The notes under the pieces: model-generated | Database searches by the model: none | The model's input: the letters and a program-made list of their open reading frames with translations, nothing else | Told to the model about the DNA's origin: nothing | Translations under genes and position numbers: made by a program | Assembly (NCBI GenBank): GCA_964416445.1 | Contig: CAYQEE010000001.1 | Location: 131,676-195,675 of the forward strand | DNA from: an uncultured Gammaproteobacteria bacterium | GTDB lineage: Bacteria; Patescibacteriota; Microgenomatia; Levybacterales; UBA12049 | DNA: 64,000 bases | Direction: 5' to 3' | Part shown: positions 1 to 9,438 of the stretch, in pieces | How positions within the stretch are numbered: position 1 is the first letter of the stretch | How the letters are laid out: each line of letters opens with the position of its first letter

Positions 1-22
1 ATAAGCAGGCAATATCATACGT

Positions 23-952
23 ATGAACAAGCCAGAATTATCAATAATTATTCTTAACTACAACACCAAGAAAATCACTTTAGAAGCAATAAAGTCTATA
101 GAAGAAAATTATTCCAAAGAGGTAAAGTCTGGTATATTTGAAGTATTAGTTGCTGATAATGCCTCTCCTGACAATTCAATTGCAGCATTTACTGCATATA
201 AAAAAATAACAACGATAAAACATTTTGTTGTGGTTGATAATAAAAAAAATATTGGATTTGCTGCTGGAAATAATGCTGCAATTCGTCACGCAGGCGGAAA
301 ATATATTCTTTTTCTTAACCCAGACACTGTGGTACGATCGCAAACACTCACGACAATGATTGCATTCATGGATCAACACCCTGATGCGGGAGCTGCCACC
401 TGTAAAGTTGAGATACCAAATGGCAGTATTGATGAAGCATCTCATAGAGGGTTTCCAACACCCTGGAATGCTTTTAGTCATTTCTCAGGTCTTGAGCGGT
501 TATTTCCCCATACCAGGTTATTTGATGGATACCGGCAAGGGTGGAAAAATATGAATGAGATACATACAGTTGATGCAATTGTTGGAGCCTTTATGATTGT
601 TCCGAGAAAAGTAGGTGAAGAAGTTGGATGGCTTGATACAGATTATTTTTTCTATGGTGAGGATTTAGACTTTTGTTATACCATTAGAGAACACGGGTAT
701 AACATTTATTATGTTCCTACGGTATCGATTCTTCATTATGGAGGAGTTTCAAGCGGTATTAAAAAACAATCGCAACAAATTACTACTGCAAACATTCAAA
801 CAAAAACACTTGTTCAAAATGCAAGGTTTGATGCTATGCGTATTTTCTATGAAAAACATTATGTAAAAAAATACCCGAAATTTATTACCTGGATTGTGTT
901 AAAAGGAATTGATTATCTTCATAAGCGAAACCTACCTCAAATAAATAAGTAG
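23..952 (+). CDS. Family 2 glycosyltransferase (GT-A fold)
   Basis: The N-terminus 'LSIIILNYNTKK' followed by 'VADNASPDNS' is a typical GT2 start. DxD-like 'YGEDLDF' is also present. The ORF is 309 aa. Confidence 0.8.
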   Translation: MNKPELSIIILNYNTKKITLEAIKSIEENYSKEVKSGIFEVLVADNASPDNSIAAFTAYKKITTIKHFVVVDNKKNIGFAAGNNAAIRHAGGKYILFLNPDTVVRSQTLTTMIAFMDQHPDAGAATCKVEIPNGSIDEASHRGFPTPWNAFSHFSGLERLFPHTRLFDGYRQGWKNMNEIHTVDAIVGAFMIVPRKVGEEVGWLDTDYFFYGEDLDFCYTIREHGYNIYYVPTVSILHYGGVSSGIKKQSQQITTANIQTKTLVQNARFDAMRIFYEKHYVKKYPKFITWIVLKGIDYLHKRNLPQINK

Positions 953-1024
953 TTTTTCTGATTGAGAGATTTGTTTTTCCAATTAAATAAAGAATTAGTT
1001 ATTATTTTCTTATATAATAGATAC

Positions 1025-2149
1025 ATGGATAATCAGTCGTTCCGAATTGGAATCGATGCACGTCTTTGGAATGAAACCGGTGTTGGACGATATATTCGGA
1101 ATCTTGTTGATGGGCTAAGCGTAGTAGATAAAAAAAACCATTATTATCTTTATGTAAAAAAAAGGGAGTTTGAAGAAATTCAGCTACCAAATATAAATTT
1201 CCATAAACGTTTAGCTGATATTCATTGGCATTCTATTCGTGAACAGGTGCTTTTGCCAAAAATCTTTTTACGTGATCAACTCGATCTCATGCATTTTCCC
1301 TATTTTTCCTACCCGTTATTTTATCACAAGCCTTTTGTTCTCACGATTCATGACTTAATTCTCAATCATTTTCCGACAGGAAAGGCTTCAACGTTACCAG
1401 GATGGCTTTATCAAATAAAATATATGAGTTATCAATTTTTGTTACAAAATGGAGCACAAAAAGCAAAAAAAATTATAACTGTTTCTCAAGCGACAAAAAA
1501 GGAAATTATCGAACATCTTGGTGTATCCAGTGATAAAGTAGTGGTGACGTATGAAGGTGTTGATGTCCATTTTTCATCACGAAATCATAATGGAATATCA
1601 CAAGGATCAAAAAAATATTTTCTTTATGTAGGGAATGCATACCCGCATAAAAATGTACAAGTTCTTCTCAAAGCATTCTCGAGATATTATAAAAAAAACA
1701 GGTTTATCCAATTAGTTCTGGTAGGAAAGAAAGATTTTTTTTATAATCGTGTTCTCCAAGAATGCAAAAAACTCAACCTTTCTGATGCAGTAGTGTTTTA
1801 TACTGATGTTACTGATGAAATGCTTACGTATTTATATCAACATGCAATTGCACTTATATTACCATCGTTTATGGAGGGGTTTGGATTACCTGCGCTTGAA
1901 GCAATGTCACAGAAATGTTTAGTTATTGCTTCGGCAATACCAGCATTTCAGGAAATATGTCAAAATGCAGCACTCTATTTTGATCCGCATAATGAACTGG
2001 AACTTGAACAAACATTGATCGAAGCGACAATGCAACGTGATAAAATGCTTCCTATCATTACAAAAGGCATTGAGCGTGTAAAACAATTTTCATGGGAGAA
2101 AACTGCCGCCGAGACAGTAACAATTTATGAAAGTAGCATTCGTCTATGA
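1025..2149 (+). CDS. GT4-type (GT-B fold) glycosyltransferase; start moved to the internal ATG at 1025
   Basis: C-terminal 'EGFGLPALEAM' is the GT4 donor-binding signature. The N-terminus 'FRIGIDARLW' fits the family. The track start at 962 adds an unlikely 21-aa extension. Confidence 0.75.
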   Translation: MDNQSFRIGIDARLWNETGVGRYIRNLVDGLSVVDKKNHYYLYVKKREFEEIQLPNINFHKRLADIHWHSIREQVLLPKIFLRDQLDLMHFPYFSYPLFYHKPFVLTIHDLILNHFPTGKASTLPGWLYQIKYMSYQFLLQNGAQKAKKIITVSQATKKEIIEHLGVSSDKVVVTYEGVDVHFSSRNHNGISQGSKKYFLYVGNAYPHKNVQVLLKAFSRYYKKNRFIQLVLVGKKDFFYNRVLQECKKLNLSDAVVFYTDVTDEMLTYLYQHAIALILPSFMEGFGLPALEAMSQKCLVIASAIPAFQEICQNAALYFDPHNELELEQTLIEATMQRDKMLPIITKGIERVKQFSWEKTAAETVTIYESSIRL

Positions 2150-3245
2150 TCGGGTAAACAAGTGGGGAGGTGCTGAACGAGTTTTATTGATTCTCAAAGA
2201 GCTTTTCCCAGATGCCCCTTTGTTCACATCTGTCTATAATAAGCAAACAGCTGCATGGGCTAAAAAATTTACTGTTTACCCATCATTTTTACAACAATTT
2301 CCTTTTGCGAAGTCATATCATGAATGGTTTCCTCTCCTTATGCCGTTAGCTTTTGAAAGTTTTTCTTTTGATGCATACGATTTAGTTATTTCTGTTACCA
2401 GTGAAGCGGCAAAAGGTATTATTACCAAACCGGAAACAACGCATTTGTGTATTTGTTTAACACCAACAAGATATCTTTGGAGTGGATATGCAACGTATTT
2501 TTCGAATACGTTCTTCCGATTTCTGTCAAAACCGCTTGTTTCATATTTACGAACATGGGATAAGATTGCAGCATCAAGACCTGATTATCTCGTTGCGATT
2601 TCTCACGAGGTGCAAAAAAGAATTCAAATGTATTACCATCGAGAATCGACCGTCGTGTATCCTCCACTCCTTCTTGATACGACGTCTTCTGGCTATCTTT
2701 CCCAAGGAACAGATGATAGCGGGTACTTTTTGGTTGTTTCTCGTCTTGTTTCTGCCAAACGAATAGATATAGCTATCCAAGCTTGTAATATGCTACAGTT
2801 GCCTTTGAAAATTATCGGGGTTGGATCAGAAATGAAATATTTACAACAGATTGCTGGATCAACCATTTCTTTCCTTGGTAACTTGACTGATAGTGATCTC
2901 GTAAGGTATTATAAAGGCTGTTGTGCTCTGATATTCCCAGGATATGAAGATTTTGGCTTAACGGTTCTCGAAGCACAAGCATTTGGTAAACCCGTTATTG
3001 CGTATAAGGCTGGAGGAGCATTAGAAACAATTCATGAAGGGAAGACGGGTGAATTCTTTTCTCCGCAAACTGCTGATGCATTAGCGAAGAAAATAGTTGA
3101 ATTATTGAGAAATAAAAAATTAACAAGAGAGAGAACAGAGCAATCTTTTTATGCAGATGCTTGTAGAATGCATGCGAGTAAATTTACCAAAGAACATTTT
3201 AAACGACAAATACAAGACATAGTACAACAAGTAATGAACAAATAA
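2127..3245 (+). CDS. GT4-type glycosyltransferase; paralogous neighbour of the previous gene
   Basis: 'YEDFGLTVLEAQAFGKPVIA' is the GT4 E-x7-E motif. The gene overlaps the upstream GT4 by 23 nt, consistent with an operon. Confidence 0.75.
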   Translation: MKVAFVYDRVNKWGGAERVLLILKELFPDAPLFTSVYNKQTAAWAKKFTVYPSFLQQFPFAKSYHEWFPLLMPLAFESFSFDAYDLVISVTSEAAKGIITKPETTHLCICLTPTRYLWSGYATYFSNTFFRFLSKPLVSYLRTWDKIAASRPDYLVAISHEVQKRIQMYYHRESTVVYPPLLLDTTSSGYLSQGTDDSGYFLVVSRLVSAKRIDIAIQACNMLQLPLKIIGVGSEMKYLQQIAGSTISFLGNLTDSDLVRYYKGCCALIFPGYEDFGLTVLEAQAFGKPVIAYKAGGALETIHEGKTGEFFSPQTADALAKKIVELLRNKKLTRERTEQSFYADACRMHASKFTKEHFKRQIQDIVQQVMNK

Positions 3246-3249
3246 TTAT

Positions 3250-4332
3250 ATGAGAATTGTAGTTTTTGCAGGAGGAGTTGGAAGTCGATTATGGCCGTTA
3301 TCTCGAAAAAATCAACCAAAACAATTTGGAAAAATTATTGGTGATTCGTCCACGTTACAACAAACCGTTGAACGATTAATTCCTTCCTTTGTCAAGGAAA
3401 AAATCTTTATTTCAACTGGGAAAAGATATAAAGATGTTGTTCTTGAACAATTACCAGAGTTACCTCAAGATAACTTTATTTTCGAACCCGAAATGCGTGA
3501 TGTTGGTCCAGCCATTGGTCTCGCTGCATTTCTGCTAGGATCGAAAGATTTAGATGAACCAATGGGAATTGTTTGGAGTGATCACATGTTAAAGCAAGAT
3601 AAGGCTTTTCGAGATGCGTTGAAGGTTGCTGAAAAAAACGTGATCAACGGTAAGTCAAATTTTGTGTTCATTGCACAAAAACCTCGCTTTGCAAGTCAAA
3701 ACATGGGGTGGATTCAAATTGGTGAAAAGAATAACATTGTTGATGGAATTGCATTGTATGAATTCAAGAAGTTAAAATATCGTCCAAAATTATCTCAAGC
3801 AGAGGATTTTTTTCAAAGTAAACAATATGTTTGGAATTTAGGGTATTTTGTTACAACTCCTCGTTTTCTTATGAATCTTTATTATAAATTTGCCCCGGAG
3901 ATGGCTGAAAAATTACTCATGATTAGCAAATCATGGGGTACAAAAGTATTTACCATGACGTTAGATACCATTTATCCAACACTTGAAAAAATAAGCTTTG
4001 ATGATGCAATTCTAGAGAAAATGTCACCTGATAACATATCGGTAATTTCAGAAGATCTTGGTTGGAGTGATATCGGTGCGTGGGAATCATTAAAAGAAGC
4101 ACTCGCTGCAACCGAAGACGAGAATGTTACAAAGGGAAATGTCTTAATTAAAGATTCACAAGATTCATTATTTTTCAATTTTACGAAACAACTTATTGTA
4201 GGAATTGATTTAGATGATATGATTGTAGTAAATACCGATGATGTTATTTTAATTTGTCCAAAATCGTCTGTTCCTAAGATTAAAAAGATTGTAGAGAATC
4301 TGAATGGGACATCACACGAACATTTGGCATAA
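3250..4332 (+). CDS. Mannose-1-phosphate guanylyltransferase-like sugar nucleotidyltransferase
   Basis: The N-terminus 'MRIVVFAGGVGSRLWPLSRKNQPKQF' matches the ManC/GMPP G-x-G-x-R-L motif. Confidence 0.7.
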   Translation: MRIVVFAGGVGSRLWPLSRKNQPKQFGKIIGDSSTLQQTVERLIPSFVKEKIFISTGKRYKDVVLEQLPELPQDNFIFEPEMRDVGPAIGLAAFLLGSKDLDEPMGIVWSDHMLKQDKAFRDALKVAEKNVINGKSNFVFIAQKPRFASQNMGWIQIGEKNNIVDGIALYEFKKLKYRPKLSQAEDFFQSKQYVWNLGYFVTTPRFLMNLYYKFAPEMAEKLLMISKSWGTKVFTMTLDTIYPTLEKISFDDAILEKMSPDNISVISEDLGWSDIGAWESLKEALAATEDENVTKGNVLIKDSQDSLFFNFTKQLIVGIDLDDMIVVNTDDVILICPKSSVPKIKKIVENLNGTSHEHLA

Positions 4333-4335
4333 CAT

Positions 4336-5001
4336 ATGTCATACACCGAAGTAAAAAAAAGTGTGCTCTATGAGTTTGCCAAGAGGTTAATTGACATTGT
4401 GTTTTCTACGTTTCTTTTAATTCTTTTCTCACCAATCATTGTTGTTGTTGCCATTGCGATCAAATTCAATTCTTCAGGTCCAATTCTTGCCGATACTCCA
4501 CAACGCGTTGGTGAAAATGGAAGATTATTTAAAATGTATAAGTTTCGATCTATGATCCAAAATGCGCATGAAATACTGAGGGAAAATCCACAATTTGCTG
4601 AATTATTCGATGCATATAAAAAAGGAAGTTATAAACTAAAAAATGATCCTCGAATTACGAAGGTAGGAAGATTTATCCGGAAATATTCTCTTGATGAAGT
4701 ACCGCAACTGATAAATGTCTTAAAAGGAGATATGAGTTTAGTCGGTCCTCGAGCATATTATCCGGACGAACTTAGAGAGCAACAAAAAAAATACCCGTAT
4801 ACACGTGATTCAGTAAAATTTGTGCTTTCAGTAAAACCTGGTATTACGGGGTACTGGCAAGTGAGTGGAAGAAGTGAAATTAATTTTGATAAGCGCATTC
4901 AAATGGATGCCTATTATGTTCACAAACGGTCAATTTTTTATGACTTATACATCATTGCAAAAACTCCTTGGGCAATGATTTCAGGGAAAGGTGCATTATA
5001 A
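4336..5001 (+). CDS. Bacterial sugar transferase (small monotopic phosphoglycosyl transferase, PglC/WbaP C-terminal-domain type)
   Basis: An N-terminal membrane re-entrant helix is followed by 'KMYKFRSM' and '[21 protein letters not shown]'. These are characteristic of the PF02397 family. Confidence 0.75.
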   Translation: MSYTEVKKSVLYEFAKRLIDIVFSTFLLILFSPIIVVVAIAIKFNSSGPILADTPQRVGENGRLFKMYKFRSMIQNAHEILRENPQFAELFDAYKKGSYKLKNDPRITKVGRFIRKYSLDEVPQLINVLKGDMSLVGPRAYYPDELREQQKKYPYTRDSVKFVLSVKPGITGYWQVSGRSEINFDKRIQMDAYYVHKRSIFYDLYIIAKTPWAMISGKGAL

Positions 5002-5144
5002 AATAGAAAAAATAGTACAAAAATAAGGAAATGAGAACGGATTAGATACGCTTATTTGCATGATAGAGGAATCTCATTTTAGATACTATTTTCTGATATC
5101 TGTCAAGAATTGACAGAATAGTTTTTATCAATTACGATAGTTTA

Positions 5145-7103
5145 ATGGATGGCTTCGAAAAGTTTGATTTGCAAGCAAACAGGAAAAAAGTAGCCTCCGC
5201 TAGAGAAGATGCTAGCTTTAGAGAAATGAGAAAAAATAAAAAAACCACCAAACGAAAAATACTTTTTACAGTGCTTGGAGTCCTTGTTGTCATTGTGCTT
5301 TTTGTTATTTTAGGTGTCGTTCTTCCAGGAATGAGTGTTGCAAAAAATGCAAAATTAACAATGGCTGACGCTCAACAAGTGGAGTATTGGGCAAAACATG
5401 AGAATGTGAATCTTGCTTCATCTAATTTAGATCAAACGAAAGCAGATTTATTAAAAACGCAAGCATCATTGCATCATATGGCATATTTGAAATTTATTCC
5501 TCCATTTAGTATGTATTACAATGATGCTGATCATTTAATCAATGCAGGTTTTGCTGGACTACAAGGAGGGAGAGTCCTTATTGATTCTGTCTCTCCTTAT
5601 GCTGATGTATTAGGGTTGAAAGGGCAGGGAACCTTTACCGGTGGTACAGCAGAACAACGAATTCAAACTGCGGTAACGACATTAAGTAAAATTACTCCAA
5701 ATATAGATAAAATATCGCAGTCGTTAGTAGTCGTAAAACAAGAATTAGATCAAGTTGATCCAAATCATTATCCTTCCCTCTTAGGAGGAGATAAAGTTAA
5801 AAAGTATCTTTCAGAAGCAAGAACTGTTGCAGATGGTGCGGATACATTTGTAAAAGAAGCAACACCCTTAATTAAAGTATTACCCGTACAATTAGGAGAG
5901 CCTGATCAAAAGAAATACCTAGTATTATTTCAAAATAATGCTGAACTGCGCGCAACAGGAGGATTTATCTCAGCATATACCGTGCTCAATTTTGAGCATG
6001 GCGTGATGCATCCTGAAAAAGCAGATGACATTTATACTCTTGATGGAACAATTCCAACAGCATATAAACCAATTGCTCCCAGGCCAATTCTTGATTATCT
6101 AGCAAATGTTCCGCAATTAAATCTTCGTGACACGAACCTTTCACCAGATTTTGAAACATCAATTAATACCTTTAATTCTTTGTACACGAAGGCTGGTTCC
6201 TATGAGAAAGTTGATGGTATCATTGCCATTGATACCCAACCAATGGTTGATGCTATTGATATTTTGGGAGGAGAAATCCAAGTGGATGGTGTTACGATGA
6301 CTTCACATACTAATCCAATTTGTCATTGCGCTGATGTTATTTATCAACTTGAACAAAATGTTGATACACCAGTTAATTATGTTAAGACAAATAGAAAAGG
6401 AATTATTGGGGACTTAATGGTAGCAATTATTCATAAAGCATTTTCATCGTCACCGAAATTATATTGGGGTCCATTATTCCAAACTCTCCTCACTGATACC
6501 GCACAAAAACATATTCTCTTTGATGTGTATAATCAAGATGCGCAATCCGGTATAGAAGCTTTAAATGCTGCCGGAAAGATTGTTCCCTTTGAAGGCGATT
6601 ATCTCCATATTAATGATGTTAATTTCGGTGGTGCCAAATCTAATCTCTTCGTTACCGAAGCGGTGTCACAAAATTATCAAATCAATTCAGATGGTTCAAT
6701 TCAAAAGACCATAACAATAAATTATAAAAATCCATATCCTCCTTCCAATTGTAGTTTGAAAGATCAAAGTCTTTGTTTGAATGCGACCCTGCGAGATTGG
6801 TTGCGAATCTATGTGCCACAGGGAAGTCAGTTAGTTAATTCACAAGGATCAGAGGTCAAGTTAACTACGTATGATGAACTCGGTAAAACAGTTTTCGATG
6901 GGTTCTTAACAGTGAGACCACTGGGTATCGCAAACTTTACGATTACCTATAAGTTACCATTTAAAGTTGCTGGTAATTCATTACCAGTACTTATTCAAAA
7001 ACAACCTGGAACCAATAGTAATCAGTACACGATATCGGTGAATGGAAATCAAGTAGATCAATTTCCTTTACTTCAAGATAAAACTCTTAAACTTACTCCA
7101 TAA
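5145..7103 (+). CDS. DUF4012-domain membrane-anchored protein
   Basis: There is one N-terminal TM segment. 'FQNNAELRATGGFISAY' is the hallmark DUF4012 motif. The gene lies at the end of the glycan locus. The DUF4012 assignment rests on motif recall only. Confidence 0.55.
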   Translation: MDGFEKFDLQANRKKVASAREDASFREMRKNKKTTKRKILFTVLGVLVVIVLFVILGVVLPGMSVAKNAKLTMADAQQVEYWAKHENVNLASSNLDQTKADLLKTQASLHHMAYLKFIPPFSMYYNDADHLINAGFAGLQGGRVLIDSVSPYADVLGLKGQGTFTGGTAEQRIQTAVTTLSKITPNIDKISQSLVVVKQELDQVDPNHYPSLLGGDKVKKYLSEARTVADGADTFVKEATPLIKVLPVQLGEPDQKKYLVLFQNNAELRATGGFISAYTVLNFEHGVMHPEKADDIYTLDGTIPTAYKPIAPRPILDYLANVPQLNLRDTNLSPDFETSINTFNSLYTKAGSYEKVDGIIAIDTQPMVDAIDILGGEIQVDGVTMTSHTNPICHCADVIYQLEQNVDTPVNYVKTNRKGIIGDLMVAIIHKAFSSSPKLYWGPLFQTLLTDTAQKHILFDVYNQDAQSGIEALNAAGKIVPFEGDYLHINDVNFGGAKSNLFVTEAVSQNYQINSDGSIQKTITINYKNPYPPSNCSLKDQSLCLNATLRDWLRIYVPQGSQLVNSQGSEVKLTTYDELGKTVFDGFLTVRPLGIANFTITYKLPFKVAGNSLPVLIQKQPGTNSNQYTISVNGNQVDQFPLLQDKTLKLTP

Positions 7104-7139
7104 ATTTGGTATACTGATCCACAGCGATAGCTACTGCCT

Positions 7140-7682
7140 ATGAGAACATTTAAAACTACTGGTATTATTATCAAACGAAAAAATATTGGCGAAGCAGATC
7201 GGTATATTACCGTATTTACAAAAGAGCATGGAAAAATTTCTATTAAAGCGAAAGGTGTTCGAAGAATCACGAGCCGGCGGTCTTCGCATGTAGAATTATT
7301 GAATTACGGCATTCTTAATTTGTATAAAGGACAAGGAACTCCGGTACTCACAGAAATTGAAACATGCAATTCTTTCCATGAGATAAAGGCAGATTTAGAA
7401 AAAACAGGTTTAGCGTACCATCTCTGTGAGCTAATTGATGGATTGTGTCCTGAAAATCAAGAGCTCTCAAATGTTTTCTCACTTTTTCTGGATACTTTAG
7501 AAAAGCTTTCAAGAAATGAGTCGCCAAAGAGTATTGTCCATACATTTGAACGTTCATTACTTAATGTACTTGGCTATTGGTCAAGTCAAAAGGATATTAG
7601 CCAATCGCAAGTAGAACATTTAATTGAAAATATTTTAGAAAGAAAATTAAAGACGTTACAAATACTTCCTCAGTTACAGTAG
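7140..7682 (+). CDS. recO: DNA repair protein RecO (short form)
   Basis: 'GIIIKRKNIGEADRYITVFTKEHGKISIKAKGVRR' matches the RecO N-terminal OB-fold consensus. At 180 aa it is shorter than typical RecO. Confidence 0.65.
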   Translation: MRTFKTTGIIIKRKNIGEADRYITVFTKEHGKISIKAKGVRRITSRRSSHVELLNYGILNLYKGQGTPVLTEIETCNSFHEIKADLEKTGLAYHLCELIDGLCPENQELSNVFSLFLDTLEKLSRNESPKSIVHTFERSLLNVLGYWSSQKDISQSQVEHLIENILERKLKTLQILPQLQ

Positions 7683-7727
7683 CCAGCAGGGCTTTTTTCA
7701 AGAGAGCTTTTCTGATATCATACAGGC

Positions 7728-9185
7728 ATGCAAGAAAATAGTATGGAAAAAATTATTGCTTTAGCAAAGCGTAGAGGATTTATTTATCCTGGTTCAGAAA
7801 TATATGGGGGACTTGCTAATACCTATGATTATGGTCCTGTGGGTACTGAATTACTGCGAAATATTAAGAATGTTTGGTGGCAGAATTTTGTCCAGTCCAG
7901 AGATGATATGGTTGGTCTTGATGCAAGTATTATCTCACATCATCAGATCTGGGAAGCATCAGGACATGTTTCTGGTTTTGCTGATGCAATGGTAGACTGT
8001 AAACACTGTAAAGCTCGAATGCGCGCTGACCATCTCATTGAAAATTTTATCGAGATACGGGGTGCGAAATTGAGAGATGTAATTGTCCTTGTTGAAAAAA
8101 TTACTGATGTTGAACTCAAAGAAGCATTAGATACGGGAAAAGTAGAAGGATGGAGTACAGAGAAACTTGATGAGTTTATAAGACTTTTTCAGATACCTTG
8201 TCCGAATTGTGGGGAAAATGATTGGACGAAAGTACGTAAATTTAACCTCCTTTTCCCTGTACAACTAGGTATTGTTGAGGGTGAAGGTGGTCTAGGGTAT
8301 CTTCGAGGTGAAACAGCGCAGGGTATGTTTATTAACTTCAAAAATGTTGTTGCTTCAAACAGAATAAAATTACCATTTGGAATTGCGCAAACTGGGAAAA
8401 GTTTTCGAAACGAAATTACTCCAGGAAACTCTGTTTTTCGTACGATTGAATTTGAACAAGGAGAGATTGAATATTTCTTTGATCCACAGGTAACAAAGTG
8501 GGAAGATGCCTATGAATCATGGAAAATCGCAATGTATGATTTTGTTACAAGAATTCTTGGAATTAAAGGGGAGAATCTTCGTTGGAGAGAGCATACGGAT
8601 AAAGAACGTTCTTTTTATAGTAAACGAACCGAAGATCTTGAATATAAGTTTCCTTTTGGTTTTAAAGAATTATGGGGACTTGCCTATCGAACCAATTATG
8701 ATCTTACCCAGCATCAAAGTTTTTCAAAAAAAGATTTAACATATATGGATCAGGAAACAGGAAGGAAAATATTACCTCATGTTATTGAACCAGCGGTGGG
8801 GATAAATCGATTGTTACTTATGGTACTGGCGGATGCGTATGATGAGGATGAAAGTCGTGTCGTCTTACGATTAGCCCCAAAAATTGCACCCGTGAAAGCG
8901 GCTGTTTTTCCCTTACTTCGGAATAAACCTGAGTTGGTGGAAAAAGCAAGGGAAATTTATACTGTACTGAAACAGAATATTAATGGTCTTATTCAGTATG
9001 ATGATCGAGGTAATATAGGAAAGCGATATCTCTCACAAGATGAAATTGGAACTCCTTATGGAATAACTGTTGATTTTCAGACATTAGAAGATAATACCGT
9101 AACCGTTCGGGATAGAAATACAACCAAGCAGGAGCGTATTGCTGTTGATTCCTTATTATCCTCTCTCCAAACACGTCTTCGTTAA
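7728..9185 (+). CDS. glyQS: Glycyl-tRNA synthetase, dimeric alpha2 (archaeal/eukaryotic-like) type
   Basis: 'IIALAKRRGFIYPGSEIYGGLANTYDYGPVGTELLRNIKNVWW' is the canonical N-terminus of class II alpha2 GlyRS. Size is 485 aa. Confidence 0.85.
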   Translation: MQENSMEKIIALAKRRGFIYPGSEIYGGLANTYDYGPVGTELLRNIKNVWWQNFVQSRDDMVGLDASIISHHQIWEASGHVSGFADAMVDCKHCKARMRADHLIENFIEIRGAKLRDVIVLVEKITDVELKEALDTGKVEGWSTEKLDEFIRLFQIPCPNCGENDWTKVRKFNLLFPVQLGIVEGEGGLGYLRGETAQGMFINFKNVVASNRIKLPFGIAQTGKSFRNEITPGNSVFRTIEFEQGEIEYFFDPQVTKWEDAYESWKIAMYDFVTRILGIKGENLRWREHTDKERSFYSKRTEDLEYKFPFGFKELWGLAYRTNYDLTQHQSFSKKDLTYMDQETGRKILPHVIEPAVGINRLLLMVLADAYDEDESRVVLRLAPKIAPVKAAVFPLLRNKPELVEKAREIYTVLKQNINGLIQYDDRGNIGKRYLSQDEIGTPYGITVDFQTLEDNTVTVRDRNTTKQERIAVDSLLSSLQTRLR

Positions 9186-9359
9186 GAAACAGTATCTCGC
9201 ATCGTGTGCTATTTTGTTAGTGTATGCAGGTTGCCGCTATGAACTATTCCTATAGTAAGTTTGACAAGATTCTTTCACATTCAATAATATCTCATTACCT
9301 AGTTCTTATGGAAGATAGGTATGTTCTTTTTATTACCGTAAAATAAAGTCAGTTACTGC

Positions 9360-9388
9360 TTGATTTCTTATAATTCGTGTGATACAAT
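9360..9388 (+). promoter_or_regulatory. Candidate sigma70-like promoter TTGATT-17-TACAAT, about 50 nt upstream of the 9439 CDS
   Basis: The -35 TTGATT (9360-9365), a 17-nt spacer and the -10 TACAAT (9383-9388) were read directly. It lies in a 250-nt AT-rich intergenic region. Confidence 0.35.
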
Positions 9389-9438
9389 AATTATCCTATA
9401 ATAATCTAATCAGCGCCAAAAAGGGTCTTTCAGAATTT

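Noticed and set aside
176-554. Antisense and alternative-frame ORFs inside the GT2 gene (176-481 minus, 360-554 plus), and similar nested ORFs throughout (e.g. 2422-2780, 3972-4346, 39730-40536, 52156-52485)
   Set aside because: They lie fully inside well-supported genes on the opposite strand or in another frame and have low-complexity composition. These are typical shadow ORFs of AT-rich DNA.
7683-7727. Rho-independent terminator after recO ('AGCCAGCAGGGCTTTTTTC')
   Set aside because: The stem would be only 4 bp (AGCC/GGCT) despite the T-run. It is too weak to call.
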